This document shows, in pieces, positions 44,380-52,683 of a stretch of 64,000 bases of DNA. This DNA comes from Planctomycetota bacterium (lineage in GTDB: Bacteria > Planctomycetota > UBA1135 > GCA-002748355). The notes beneath the pieces are model-generated. The model ran no database searches. It was not told where the DNA came from and was given only the letters and a program-made list of their open reading frames with translations. The first letter of the stretch is position 1. Each line of letters starts with the position of its first letter. The stretch spans positions 3,458 to 67,457 of the forward strand of contig NYZE01000058.1 in NCBI GenBank assembly GCA_002685965.1, written 5' to 3'. Made by a program: the position numbers and the translations under genes.

Positions 44380-44564
44380 TTCCTCGAATCGTGCCATTCT
44401 GTGGCCAGAAGATCTTGAAATCCCGGCTGAGGCTCCCCTCCCGTCATGGATCCTCGCTCTGTGCCGCCGATCGAGCCCTGCTGGGTCCGCGAGGTAGGAG
44501 GCCCCACAGGCGGGGCGCTAGAGTGCTTGACCCGCCCTTCACAGGGGGAGAGGACCAGCCCGAA

Positions 44565-45209
44565 ATGCCCCTGAAACTCACCCTCCTCGCAGTCCTCGCG
44601 GTCGCCTGGTTATGGGGTTGCGGGACGTCGTCCCCGCAACAGCCGCAAGAGGCGGCCGCCCCACTCGAGAGGAAGGCCTCTCTCCCCCCTCCAGCGACAG
44701 GGGAGCGGATCGCGGGATATACGCCCCGGCAGATTGTTGCCATGTTCGGCGCACGGCTGCGCGAGGGGGTCAGCGATCGCCAGGTGGCCAGCTACCGTCG
44801 CGTCTTCGGCTTCGGCGACACCAACCGTGACGGGCGGCACTCGAAGAGGGAATACATCGACGAGGGCCGCTACATGACCCGGCAGGCGCGCCAGGGGATC
44901 TTCCGGGCGGCCGACGTCGACAAGGACGGGTTCGTCTCCCGGGTGGAGTACGTGAACAACCGGATCATCACCGACGAAGCCAAGGAGATCTTCGACGACA
45001 TGAACACGGGCAGCGATCGTCGACTGACCCTCGACGAGATGCTCGACAGCGGCATGCTGGCAGACGAGGACCTGGCCAGACAGGTCTTCAAGGCCTTGGA
45101 CACCGACGGCAACGGAACGCTAGTCATCCCCGAGTACCTCCGCGTCTGGGGCCGCTGGGCGAGGACCAAGGCCCCTGAGAAGCGGCCCCGGACAGGCGAA
45201 GACAAGTAG
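44565..45209 (+). CDS. EF-hand calcium-binding lipoprotein
   Basis: ATG 44565 is preceded by GGGGAGAGG and gives MPLKLTLLAVLAVAWLWGC, a lipobox. Three EF-hand loops: DTNRDGRHSKREY, DVDKDGFVSRVEY, DTDGNGTLVIPEY. The listed 44331 start is GTG in the intergenic region. Confidence 0.8.
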   Translation: MPLKLTLLAVLAVAWLWGCGTSSPQQPQEAAAPLERKASLPPPATGERIAGYTPRQIVAMFGARLREGVSDRQVASYRRVFGFGDTNRDGRHSKREYIDEGRYMTRQARQGIFRAADVDKDGFVSRVEYVNNRIITDEAKEIFDDMNTGSDRRLTLDEMLDSGMLADEDLARQVFKALDTDGNGTLVIPEYLRVWGRWARTKAPEKRPRTGEDK

Positions 45210-45329
45210 GCCACCGCGCCGGCGGCTTGCACACGCGACCACGGGCTCGATCGGACGCCGTGGGGACCTTCAAGGCGGAGCCGCAAACACCCGATAGCAA
45301 GGGAGTTCTCTCGCTGGGGTAGGCCGCCG

Positions 45330-47108
45330 ATGAACGAGGATACGATCACCGAATACGACGACCTGGGCAGGCCCGTCGAGATCGATCGCAGCGACTGGCA
45401 AGACCAACTCCTGCCGCAACTGCTCGAGGAAGCCTGGGACAACGCCGACGAGCTGTACGAGCACATCGTGCGTGGCGTCGAGCAAGGCTTCGCCCCTTCC
45501 CTGGTCGAAGCGGCACAGCGCCTGACAAGGATCGATAATGACGCGGAACGATGCGCGGTCACCGACGCCGTCGTGCTGATGCACGCCAACGACCTCGAGG
45601 GAGCCGAAGAGGCCCTACAGAGCTTCGTTGCCCGCCACGGACGCAGCGCCATCGTCTTGAGCAACCTGGCCAGGGTCCGCTACGAAAAGGGCGACGTAGC
45701 AGGCGCCGAGCGCCTGCTACGCGAGGCTCTCGACCTCGACCCCAACCAGAACAACGGTCTCGATTGGTGGGGTGCCCTGTGTAGCGAAATCGGTGGACCA
45801 GAGGCCTATCTCGGTGGCCTGCGCGAAATCGCCGCCTTGCCCGGCGCCTGGCGGCCGCAGATCTGGATCGCGCAGCAACTACTCTGCGATGGCGAGATCG
45901 AAGAGGCACTGGATCTCTACCGCGAGATCCTCCCCGCCGCCGCCGCATGCGGCGATGCGCTGATGCAAATCACCGGCGACCTCGGCAATGCCGGGCTCTT
46001 GCCCGAGATGCTCGATCTCACACTCCCCGTCTATGAGCCCACTCAGCACGGTCCCTACGCGGGCCTCAACATGGCGCGGGGTCTCCTCGAGCTAGACCGC
46101 ATCGACGAAGCCCGCACCCTGCTCGACACCCTGCAAGGACTGCAAGCACCGCAGCTGACAGAGACGCTGAACCAGCTGGAGCTCGACATCGCTGATGCGG
46201 CCGGCGGACCGGCACCGTTGGACGAAGAGCCAACCCTCGTCATGGTCCGCGGTCCGGTGTGGCTGCAAGAGCACGCCGAGCACCTACTGCCCCGCCTCTC
46301 GCCGGCATCGGAACGCATCGTCTTCCTCTCCCTGAACGATGCAACGCGGGACCCCGAAGTCGAACAACTGGAACCGATCACTCCATTCGGCCGCTTCGCT
46401 CGCGCGCTGCCGCTCTACCTCGCCGAGCGACTTCGCATCACGACCGATGCAGATGCTCGGACCGTCGTCCCGATCGCGCGTGGGGCCGGCCCAATCCTGC
46501 CGGGCCTCCCTTGGGACGTGGAGTGGGTCGTCGACCAGATCGACCCCGCCGAGCGACCCGACGTGCTCGTGCACGGAGGGCTCGAGCCGACCGAGGACGG
46601 CAATCAACTCGTGCTCAGGCTCTTCGATCCGAACGAAGGCAAAGAACTACGCGCGATCATCCTGCCGCTCACCGACGATCACGCGAGCCATGTTCCGGAG
46701 ATCGAGGCAGCGGTGCTCGAGGCGCTCGAGAGCACGGGTCGTCTGCGACCAAGGCGCCCGCGCCGCGGCTTCACGATCCCGGCCGGAGATGCCCAAGCCG
46801 CCTATCTCCTGATGACGTCCTTCCTGTTCGCGCAGCTCTTGGTCGCGAACGACCTGATCCCGCGATCGGTCCTGACCAACGAGCGGAGCATCCTGACCGG
46901 CTACTTCCGCCTCGTCGAATGCCTGCCCGAGGCAGTACCGGCGCGGCTGTTGGCGATCCGTGGCGTGCTGGCAGCGAACCGCTACAGCTCTCCAGTCGCC
47001 GTGCACTTCCTGCGACCGCTGCTCGGCGTGATCGACGAACAAAGCGACAAGCTCGGTGACTTCCTGCCAGACGTGCGCGCATTGCTCGACGAACAGGGCG
47101 CAGGATGA
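45330..47108 (+). CDS. Cytoplasmic TPR-like repeat protein with uncharacterised C-terminal alpha/beta domain
   Basis: TPR-like helices (GDVAGAERLLREALDLDPNQNNGLDWW; GEIEEALDLYREILP). No signal peptide. The C-terminal half has no family I can name with confidence. Confidence 0.7.
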   Translation: MNEDTITEYDDLGRPVEIDRSDWQDQLLPQLLEEAWDNADELYEHIVRGVEQGFAPSLVEAAQRLTRIDNDAERCAVTDAVVLMHANDLEGAEEALQSFVARHGRSAIVLSNLARVRYEKGDVAGAERLLREALDLDPNQNNGLDWWGALCSEIGGPEAYLGGLREIAALPGAWRPQIWIAQQLLCDGEIEEALDLYREILPAAAACGDALMQITGDLGNAGLLPEMLDLTLPVYEPTQHGPYAGLNMARGLLELDRIDEARTLLDTLQGLQAPQLTETLNQLELDIADAAGGPAPLDEEPTLVMVRGPVWLQEHAEHLLPRLSPASERIVFLSLNDATRDPEVEQLEPITPFGRFARALPLYLAERLRITTDADARTVVPIARGAGPILPGLPWDVEWVVDQIDPAERPDVLVHGGLEPTEDGNQLVLRLFDPNEGKELRAIILPLTDDHASHVPEIEAAVLEALESTGRLRPRRPRRGFTIPAGDAQAAYLLMTSFLFAQLLVANDLIPRSVLTNERSILTGYFRLVECLPEAVPARLLAIRGVLAANRYSSPVAVHFLRPLLGVIDEQSDKLGDFLPDVRALLDEQGAG

Positions 47109-47156
47109 CCACGATGCACCGCAGCGACCTGGGCTCGCCGTCGCAAAGGTCGACCG

Positions 47157-48665
47157 TCAGTCCTTCTTGCCGCGCGCCTTAGGGCCCCTTCGGCGGGCAG
47201 GTCTGCGACGACGCGCCGCCTCGCTCTCGGATCTCGTGAAGGCGGCGAGCGCCTCCGGGGAGTCCCGGCGATCGAAGGCAGCCAGCGCTGGATCTTCTGT
47301 CTGCCGCATCCACTTGCGCAAGCGGTCACGCATGCGCATCTGCGCCTGCGCATGCTGCTCGCGCCCCGCGAGGTTGTCGAGCGCGTCCGGGTCGCGTTCT
47401 AGGTCGTAGAGTTCCTCGACCGTGCGGTGCAGGAACAGGTCGACGCGCCCGCGGATGCGTGAATCGGTCGACGCCGCTGCGCGCATCGCCCGCATCGTTC
47501 GACCGTTCTGGGATTCGTTGCGAAAGACGGTCTTGCCGTCGGCCCACGTGTTGAACACATAGAGGTAGCGTTCGGTGACCACGGCCCGCATCGGATAGGC
47601 ACGAGCTCCCGACGTCGCGTGGAACTGGGTAAAGACGGCGTCGCGCCCTGGCTCCTTCTCACCTTTGAGCAGCGTAGCGAAGGTTGTGCCATCGATTCCC
47701 TCAGGCACCGCCACGCCGGCGATCTCCAGGAGCGTCGGCAGTAGGTCGATCCCAGCCACGAAGTGATCGCGGTCTTCCTCCCCTGCCTTCACACGCTCCG
47801 GCCAGCGCACGATCAGCGGGGTCCGCGTGCTGTGCAGGTAGCAGTTGGTCTTGGCGAATGGCAGGGCCATCCCGTGGTCCGACAGGAAGACGACGACCGT
47901 CGACTCCGCAAGCCCGGAGTCCTCGAGCGCACCTAGCAACGCCCCAACCGTGTCGTCACACCGACGCACGGAGCTCATGTACTCGGCGATCTCGCGGCGT
48001 ACCGCCGGGAGGTCGGCGAGGAAGCCCGGCACCTTGATCTCCTCGGGCGAGAAGCCTCGCGACGGTCGCGCCGCGCCCTCGCCCTTGGCATAGACGATCT
48101 TGCGATCATTGCCGTTGAACGGGCGATGTGGATCGTGCGAGTTGGCCATCAGGAAGAACGGCCGCTTGGCCTGCGCCGCCCCCTTGAAGAACTTCCCAGC
48201 ACGCTCGGCGTAGAGCTTGGGGTTGCGACCTTGGCCGAGGTCCTTCTGGTCGTAGGCGTAGTCCCAGCGGAAGCTCGCGTAGGGAGTCGAGTGCTTCACC
48301 TTCCCGAGGATCCCGACGCGATAGCCGGCCTCGCGCAGCAGGCCCGGCAGGATCGGCACGTTCTTCTTGGTCAGCTTGTGGAACCCATGTCCGCCCGAGC
48401 GATGCGGGTAGCGGCCGGTCATCCACACAGCTCGACACGGCTGGCACACGGCAATCGTCACGTGAGCGCGAGTGAAACGCATCCCCTCTTTGGCGAGGCG
48501 GTCGATGTTCGGCGTCGTGCCGGCGACAGTGGACCCGAAGGCTCCAACCGAGTCGCAGTTGAGATCATCTGCCGTGATCAGCAGCAGGTTGGGGCGTTGC
48601 ACCCCCACCGTCTGCGCTGGCGCTGCTAGCACGGCGACGACGAAGAACCCGAGGAGCGAGTGCAT
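47157..48665 (-). CDS. Secreted sulfatase (formylglycine-dependent, arylsulfatase family)
   Basis: ATG 48665 gives the MHSLLGFFVVAVLAAPAQT signal. NLLLITADDL; C-x-P-x-R motif in VCQPCRAVWMTGRYPHRSG; LSDHGM. Confidence 0.9.
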   Translation of the reverse strand: MHSLLGFFVVAVLAAPAQTVGVQRPNLLLITADDLNCDSVGAFGSTVAGTTPNIDRLAKEGMRFTRAHVTIAVCQPCRAVWMTGRYPHRSGGHGFHKLTKKNVPILPGLLREAGYRVGILGKVKHSTPYASFRWDYAYDQKDLGQGRNPKLYAERAGKFFKGAAQAKRPFFLMANSHDPHRPFNGNDRKIVYAKGEGAARPSRGFSPEEIKVPGFLADLPAVRREIAEYMSSVRRCDDTVGALLGALEDSGLAESTVVVFLSDHGMALPFAKTNCYLHSTRTPLIVRWPERVKAGEEDRDHFVAGIDLLPTLLEIAGVAVPEGIDGTTFATLLKGEKEPGRDAVFTQFHATSGARAYPMRAVVTERYLYVFNTWADGKTVFRNESQNGRTMRAMRAAASTDSRIRGRVDLFLHRTVEELYDLERDPDALDNLAGREQHAQAQMRMRDRLRKWMRQTEDPALAAFDRRDSPEALAAFTRSESEAARRRRPARRRGPKARGKKD

Positions 48666-48699
48666 TGCGCTCAGTATCCCACGTCGCTGCAATGGCCGC

Positions 48700-50106
48700 A
48701 TGCGCATCTTGACGATCGCCGCCGCGCTGGCGCTCTCCGCCGCCGCCCAGGCACAGAGGCCCAACGTCGTCTACATCATGGCCGACGACCTCGGTTACCG
48801 GGAGCTCGGCAGCTACGGCCAGACCAAGATCAGGACACCCCACCTCGACAAGCTCGCCGCTGCTGGCATGCGCTTCATGCACCACTACACGAGCGCACCC
48901 GTCTGCGCGCCGGCTCGCTGCAGCCTGATGACCGGCGAGCACGGCGGGCACGCCCTCGTCCGCGACAACTTCCGCGTCGGAACCTGGGAGAGCCACGAGG
49001 GCCAGCTGCCGCTTGCAGCCGGGACACAAACCGTTGCCACGCTGTTCAAGGAACGCGACTACGCGACGGGTGCATTCGGCAAATGGGGCCTCGGCGGGCC
49101 AGAATCTACCGGCCATCCACTGCGCCAGGGCTTCGACCGCTTCTTCGGCTACCTCTGCCAGCGCCATGCCCACAACTACTACCCACGCTACCTGGTCGAT
49201 GACCACAGCAAGCACGTGCTCGAGGGCAACGACCGCGGCGTTACCGGCAAGCAGTACGCACCGGCGCTGATCGCCGACGAACTGCTCCGTTTCGTGCGCG
49301 CCCAGCACGAGGCGAAGAAGCCGTTCTTCGTCTACTACGCAGCGGTCATCCCGCACCTCGCGCTGCAGGTGCCTGACGCCGAACTGGCAGCCTATGACTT
49401 CGACGACAAGCCGTACACCGGCAAGTCCTACCAGCCACATCCACGACCGAAGGCGGCCTATGCGGCCATGATCACCTACCTCGACAAGCAGGTCGGCCGG
49501 CTCGTGGCCTTGCTCGAAGAACTGCATCTCACTGACGACACGCTCGTCGTGTTCACCTCGGACAACGGCACGACACACCTGGGCAAGCAAGTCGACTACG
49601 AGTTCTTCAAGAGCGTCGGCGAACTGCGCGGCCTCAAAGGGAGCGTCTACGAGGGCGGTATCCGCGTTCCGATGATCGCCACGTGGCCGGGGCACATCAA
49701 AGCGGGGACGAGCAGCGACCACCTGTCGGCCCACTACGACGTGCTCGCGACGGTCGCGGATCTGCTCGACGTCGACGCCAAACCGAATGACGGCGTCAGC
49801 TTCCTGCCGACCCTGCTCGACAAGGGCGAGCAAGAGTCACACAACGCCCTGGTCTGGGACTTCGCGGGTTACGGCGGCCAGATCGCGTTGCGGCGCGGTC
49901 GCTACAAGATCGTCCAGCGCAACCTGCGCAAGAGCAGGACGGCTCATGTCGAGCTCTTCGACTTGGACGAGGACCCTGGCGAAACGCGGGACCTGGCCAG
50001 CGAGCAGCCGGACCTCGCAAAGGAGCTACACGACCTGCTGATCCGGTCGCGGACCAAACCCACCACGGAGAAGTTCCGCTTCGGCCGCTATGCCCACCGG
50101 CGCTAA
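48700..50106 (+). CDS. Secreted sulfatase (formylglycine-dependent, arylsulfatase family)
   Basis: ATG 48700 gives the MRILTIAAALALSAAAQAQ signal. NVVYIMADDLG; C-x-P-x-R in VCAPARCSLMTGEHGGH; TSDNGT; GGIRVPMIATWPG. Confidence 0.9.
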   Translation: MRILTIAAALALSAAAQAQRPNVVYIMADDLGYRELGSYGQTKIRTPHLDKLAAAGMRFMHHYTSAPVCAPARCSLMTGEHGGHALVRDNFRVGTWESHEGQLPLAAGTQTVATLFKERDYATGAFGKWGLGGPESTGHPLRQGFDRFFGYLCQRHAHNYYPRYLVDDHSKHVLEGNDRGVTGKQYAPALIADELLRFVRAQHEAKKPFFVYYAAVIPHLALQVPDAELAAYDFDDKPYTGKSYQPHPRPKAAYAAMITYLDKQVGRLVALLEELHLTDDTLVVFTSDNGTTHLGKQVDYEFFKSVGELRGLKGSVYEGGIRVPMIATWPGHIKAGTSSDHLSAHYDVLATVADLLDVDAKPNDGVSFLPTLLDKGEQESHNALVWDFAGYGGQIALRRGRYKIVQRNLRKSRTAHVELFDLDEDPGETRDLASEQPDLAKELHDLLIRSRTKPTTEKFRFGRYAHRR

Positions 50107-50115
50107 CTTCTAGGA

Positions 50116-51114
50116 ATGGCCAACGAAGGGAAGGGCGCCGTCGTTCTCGCCGTGATCGGCAACGGTTTCCTGACAGTCGTCAAGTTCCTTGCCTTCTTGC
50201 TGTCGGGCTCGGGAGCCATGCTGTCGGAAGCGATCCACTCGTTTGCCGACACGAGCAACCAGCTGCTGCTTTGGATCGGCATCCAAAGAAGCGAGCGGCC
50301 GGCGACCCCCAACTTCCCCTACGGCTATGGCGTCGAGCGCTACCTGTTCGCGCTGTTGTCGGCGATCGGCATCTTCGTGCTCGGCTGCGGCGTCACGGTC
50401 TACCACGGCATCAGCAACCTGCTGCACCCACCCCAGCTGCACCTGAGCGGATGGACCTTCGGCGTGCTGGCGCTGTCGTTCGTGATCGAGGGCTTGGTCC
50501 TGCTCAAGGCGCTGCAAAGCGTCAATGCCAGCCGTGGCAAGCAACCGTTCTGGCGCTTCGTCCGGAGCTCGACGGACCCGACGGTTCTTGCCGTCTTGTT
50601 CGAAGACCTCGTCGCCTGCCTCGGCGTCCTCGTGGCGAGCCTCGGTCTTGGCCTGGCCGCCATGACCGGCGACCCGATGTGGGACGGGCTGAGTTCGGTC
50701 GTGATCGGTCTCATGCTCGGTGCGGTGGCCGTCTGGCTCGGCCTGCGCAACCGCGAACTCATCCTCGGACCGGCAATGCCGGCCGAGCTGCAGCAAGAGG
50801 TGCTCGACTTCCTGCTCGCTGAGGAATCAGTGAAGACCGTCCATGAGCTCAAGACCCGCGTCGTCGCAGCCGGTCGCTTCCGCCTCGTCGCCGAGATCGA
50901 ATACGACAGCGCTGTGCTGGCGAAACAACAGCTGCCTTGGCTACGCGAACGCCTCGACGCAGGCGGCGACCCGGTCACCGTCGCCGAGTCCTTCGGCGCC
51001 CACTGCCTCGACGAGCTTGCCCGGGAAGTCGACCGGATAGAGGAGGCCCTCGTCGCGCGCTTTCCCCGCCTGGGCTGGCTCGACCTCGAATCACACTGGG
51101 CCGGCGAACGGTGA
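50116..51114 (+). CDS. Cation diffusion facilitator (CDF) family metal efflux transporter
   Basis: AVIGNGFLTVVKFLAFLLSGSGAMLSEAIHSFADTSNQLLL is a typical CDF TM1-2 with the HSxxD metal site. Six TM, and a C-terminal cytoplasmic domain (VHELKTRVVAAGRFRLVAEIEY). Confidence 0.9.
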   Translation: MANEGKGAVVLAVIGNGFLTVVKFLAFLLSGSGAMLSEAIHSFADTSNQLLLWIGIQRSERPATPNFPYGYGVERYLFALLSAIGIFVLGCGVTVYHGISNLLHPPQLHLSGWTFGVLALSFVIEGLVLLKALQSVNASRGKQPFWRFVRSSTDPTVLAVLFEDLVACLGVLVASLGLGLAAMTGDPMWDGLSSVVIGLMLGAVAVWLGLRNRELILGPAMPAELQQEVLDFLLAEESVKTVHELKTRVVAAGRFRLVAEIEYDSAVLAKQQLPWLRERLDAGGDPVTVAESFGAHCLDELAREVDRIEEALVARFPRLGWLDLESHWAGER

Positions 51115-51278
51115 GACTCTCGCCTCTTGGGCGTTTCGCGGCTTCCTCACAACGGATGGCCCATGACAGGCGACGTCGAGAGCTCCGCGGCGGAGGCGCC
51201 GCGGGCTCTCGAGTTTGGTGGTGATTGACGGCTTGGCCGCCGTGCGACAAGCTTTCGCCTCCCATCCGGAGAACAGCC

Positions 51279-51743
51279 TTGACCAGCACCCGCCCAGAGC
51301 GCGAACCACACGAGCCCGAGGCGCTCAGCTCCTCGTGGGATGTTGGCCTTACTGAGCTCCGTTCTCAGTTCCCGGACGCACGTGAGGGTGTGTTGTTCTG
51401 CGTCTGGAAACTGCGCCAGAACCCCAAGCTCACGCTCAGAGACTTCCGTGCCGAGGCGGCCTTGCGCGGCATCGGGCTCAGCGGACGCTCCCTGCACTCG
51501 GCCAGGGTACTGCTCGGTTGGCAGGCGCCCAGCACGCGCCAGACGCCCAAGTCCTCGCCCGCCGCATCCCCGGTCCAGGAGCCGGCAAGCGCAGCGACCC
51601 GGCCGGGCGCGGGCAAGAGCCTCGAGGAACGCTTGCGGCACACCCTCACTCAGTTGCGCGAGGAGAGCAGCGCCGATGCAGACCGCCTGCGCGTCGCCAT
51701 CCGGAAGGCGATTGACGTCCTCGAGCAAGCGCTCGAGGACTGA
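51279..51743 (+). CDS. Hypothetical protein (helical; start uncertain)
   Basis: The only long ORF in a 640-nt gap. It has no ATG at all. TTG 51279 is preceded by GGAG 7 nt upstream; the listed start is TTG 51225. No family recognised. Confidence 0.35.
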   Translation: MTSTRPEREPHEPEALSSSWDVGLTELRSQFPDAREGVLFCVWKLRQNPKLTLRDFRAEAALRGIGLSGRSLHSARVLLGWQAPSTRQTPKSSPAASPVQEPASAATRPGAGKSLEERLRHTLTQLREESSADADRLRVAIRKAIDVLEQALED

Positions 51744-51752
51744 GTCTCGCCT

Positions 51753-52298
51753 TCAGTGGCGGAGCCGTCGCGGCACCGCCCGGGTGACCGAGGTAGCGGC
51801 CAACTTGAAGATCGACAGCACGTAGCCGTCCTCGCCCAGGTTCTCCGACACTTCGAAGCGACCGCGCACTCGGATCAGCTCGGTGCCGACGTATTCCCAC
51901 GATTCGCCCTTCTTACCGCGGACTTCGACGACGTCCTGCAGTCGTGGCACACCGCAACACCCCCAAGGATGCCTGGTCAAGACGAAGCTGAGCACGCGGT
52001 CCTCGTCCGACTCGTCCCATTCGATCGGGCGCATGAAGCCTTCGAGCGCCAGCGCGCGCCCGTGCAGGCCGCGTACCCGGCCCGGCAGGCCCCGGGTCGG
52101 CGGCGCCTTCGGGTCGAACTCCAGCGGGTCTTCCCAGGGCAGGTCGAAGTCCATCAGCCGTTCGAATGGGAAGGGCGGGTAGCCCTGCCAGGAAGCAACG
52201 GTGCGCTGCCACGCAAGGTCCTGGAGGCGGCTCGCCGATACGGCCGCCGCAAGAATGACGAAAACTAGAGCGACCAGGGCGAGCGAGCGGGTCCACAT
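51753..52298 (-). CDS. Membrane-anchored/secreted DUF3299-like protein
   Basis: ATG start; anchor LALVALVFVILAAAVSA. The segment LSFVLTRHPWGCCGVPRLQDVVEV resembles the DUF3299 core as I remember it. Confidence 0.65.
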   Translation of the reverse strand: MWTRSLALVALVFVILAAAVSASRLQDLAWQRTVASWQGYPPFPFERLMDFDLPWEDPLEFDPKAPPTRGLPGRVRGLHGRALALEGFMRPIEWDESDEDRVLSFVLTRHPWGCCGVPRLQDVVEVRGKKGESWEYVGTELIRVRGRFEVSENLGEDGYVLSIFKLAATSVTRAVPRRLRH

Positions 52299-52500
52299 CC
52301 GACCGCCCAGACTACAGCCCCGAGTCTCCGTCAGCGCGACGCCTCATCGCCCTTTTCCCACGCCTTCTCAGGCTCCGAGTGGAGAGCCCGCTGCAAGACA
52401 TCGTCGCAGTCATGATCGTGGTCAGGATGGCCTTACTTGGCCACGTGCTGTCAACAGCAGCGGCCGGGTCACACTCGACGCCAAGAAACAACAGTTGACG

Positions 52501-52683
52501 ATGGAACCGCTACCAAAGTTGACGGACGGCCAGATCGCCGCGATCCTCACCTGCACGCGCTGCGCTTGGGGACACCATGCCAACCCGGTCACCGCCGCCA
52601 CCGTGGAAGACGTGCGCGACGCAAGCAAGAGTCGAAAGTCCCCGTGGACACGAGCGGAACTCGCCAAGCTGAAGACACCATGA
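52501..52683 (+). CDS. 60-aa ORF resembling only the C-terminal tail of a PVC-type c-type cytochrome domain (no CxxCH); possible gene remnant or leader peptide
   Basis: MEPLPKLTDGQIAAILTCTRCAWGHHANPVTAATVEDVR...SPWTRAELAKL parallels the usual ...MP..LTDEQIAAVLTYVRNSWGN.A..VT...V..VR....PWT..EL ending. Its TGA (52681-52683) overlaps the pepN ATG 52680 (ATGA). Confidence 0.35.
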   Translation: MEPLPKLTDGQIAAILTCTRCAWGHHANPVTAATVEDVRDASKSRKSPWTRAELAKLKTP

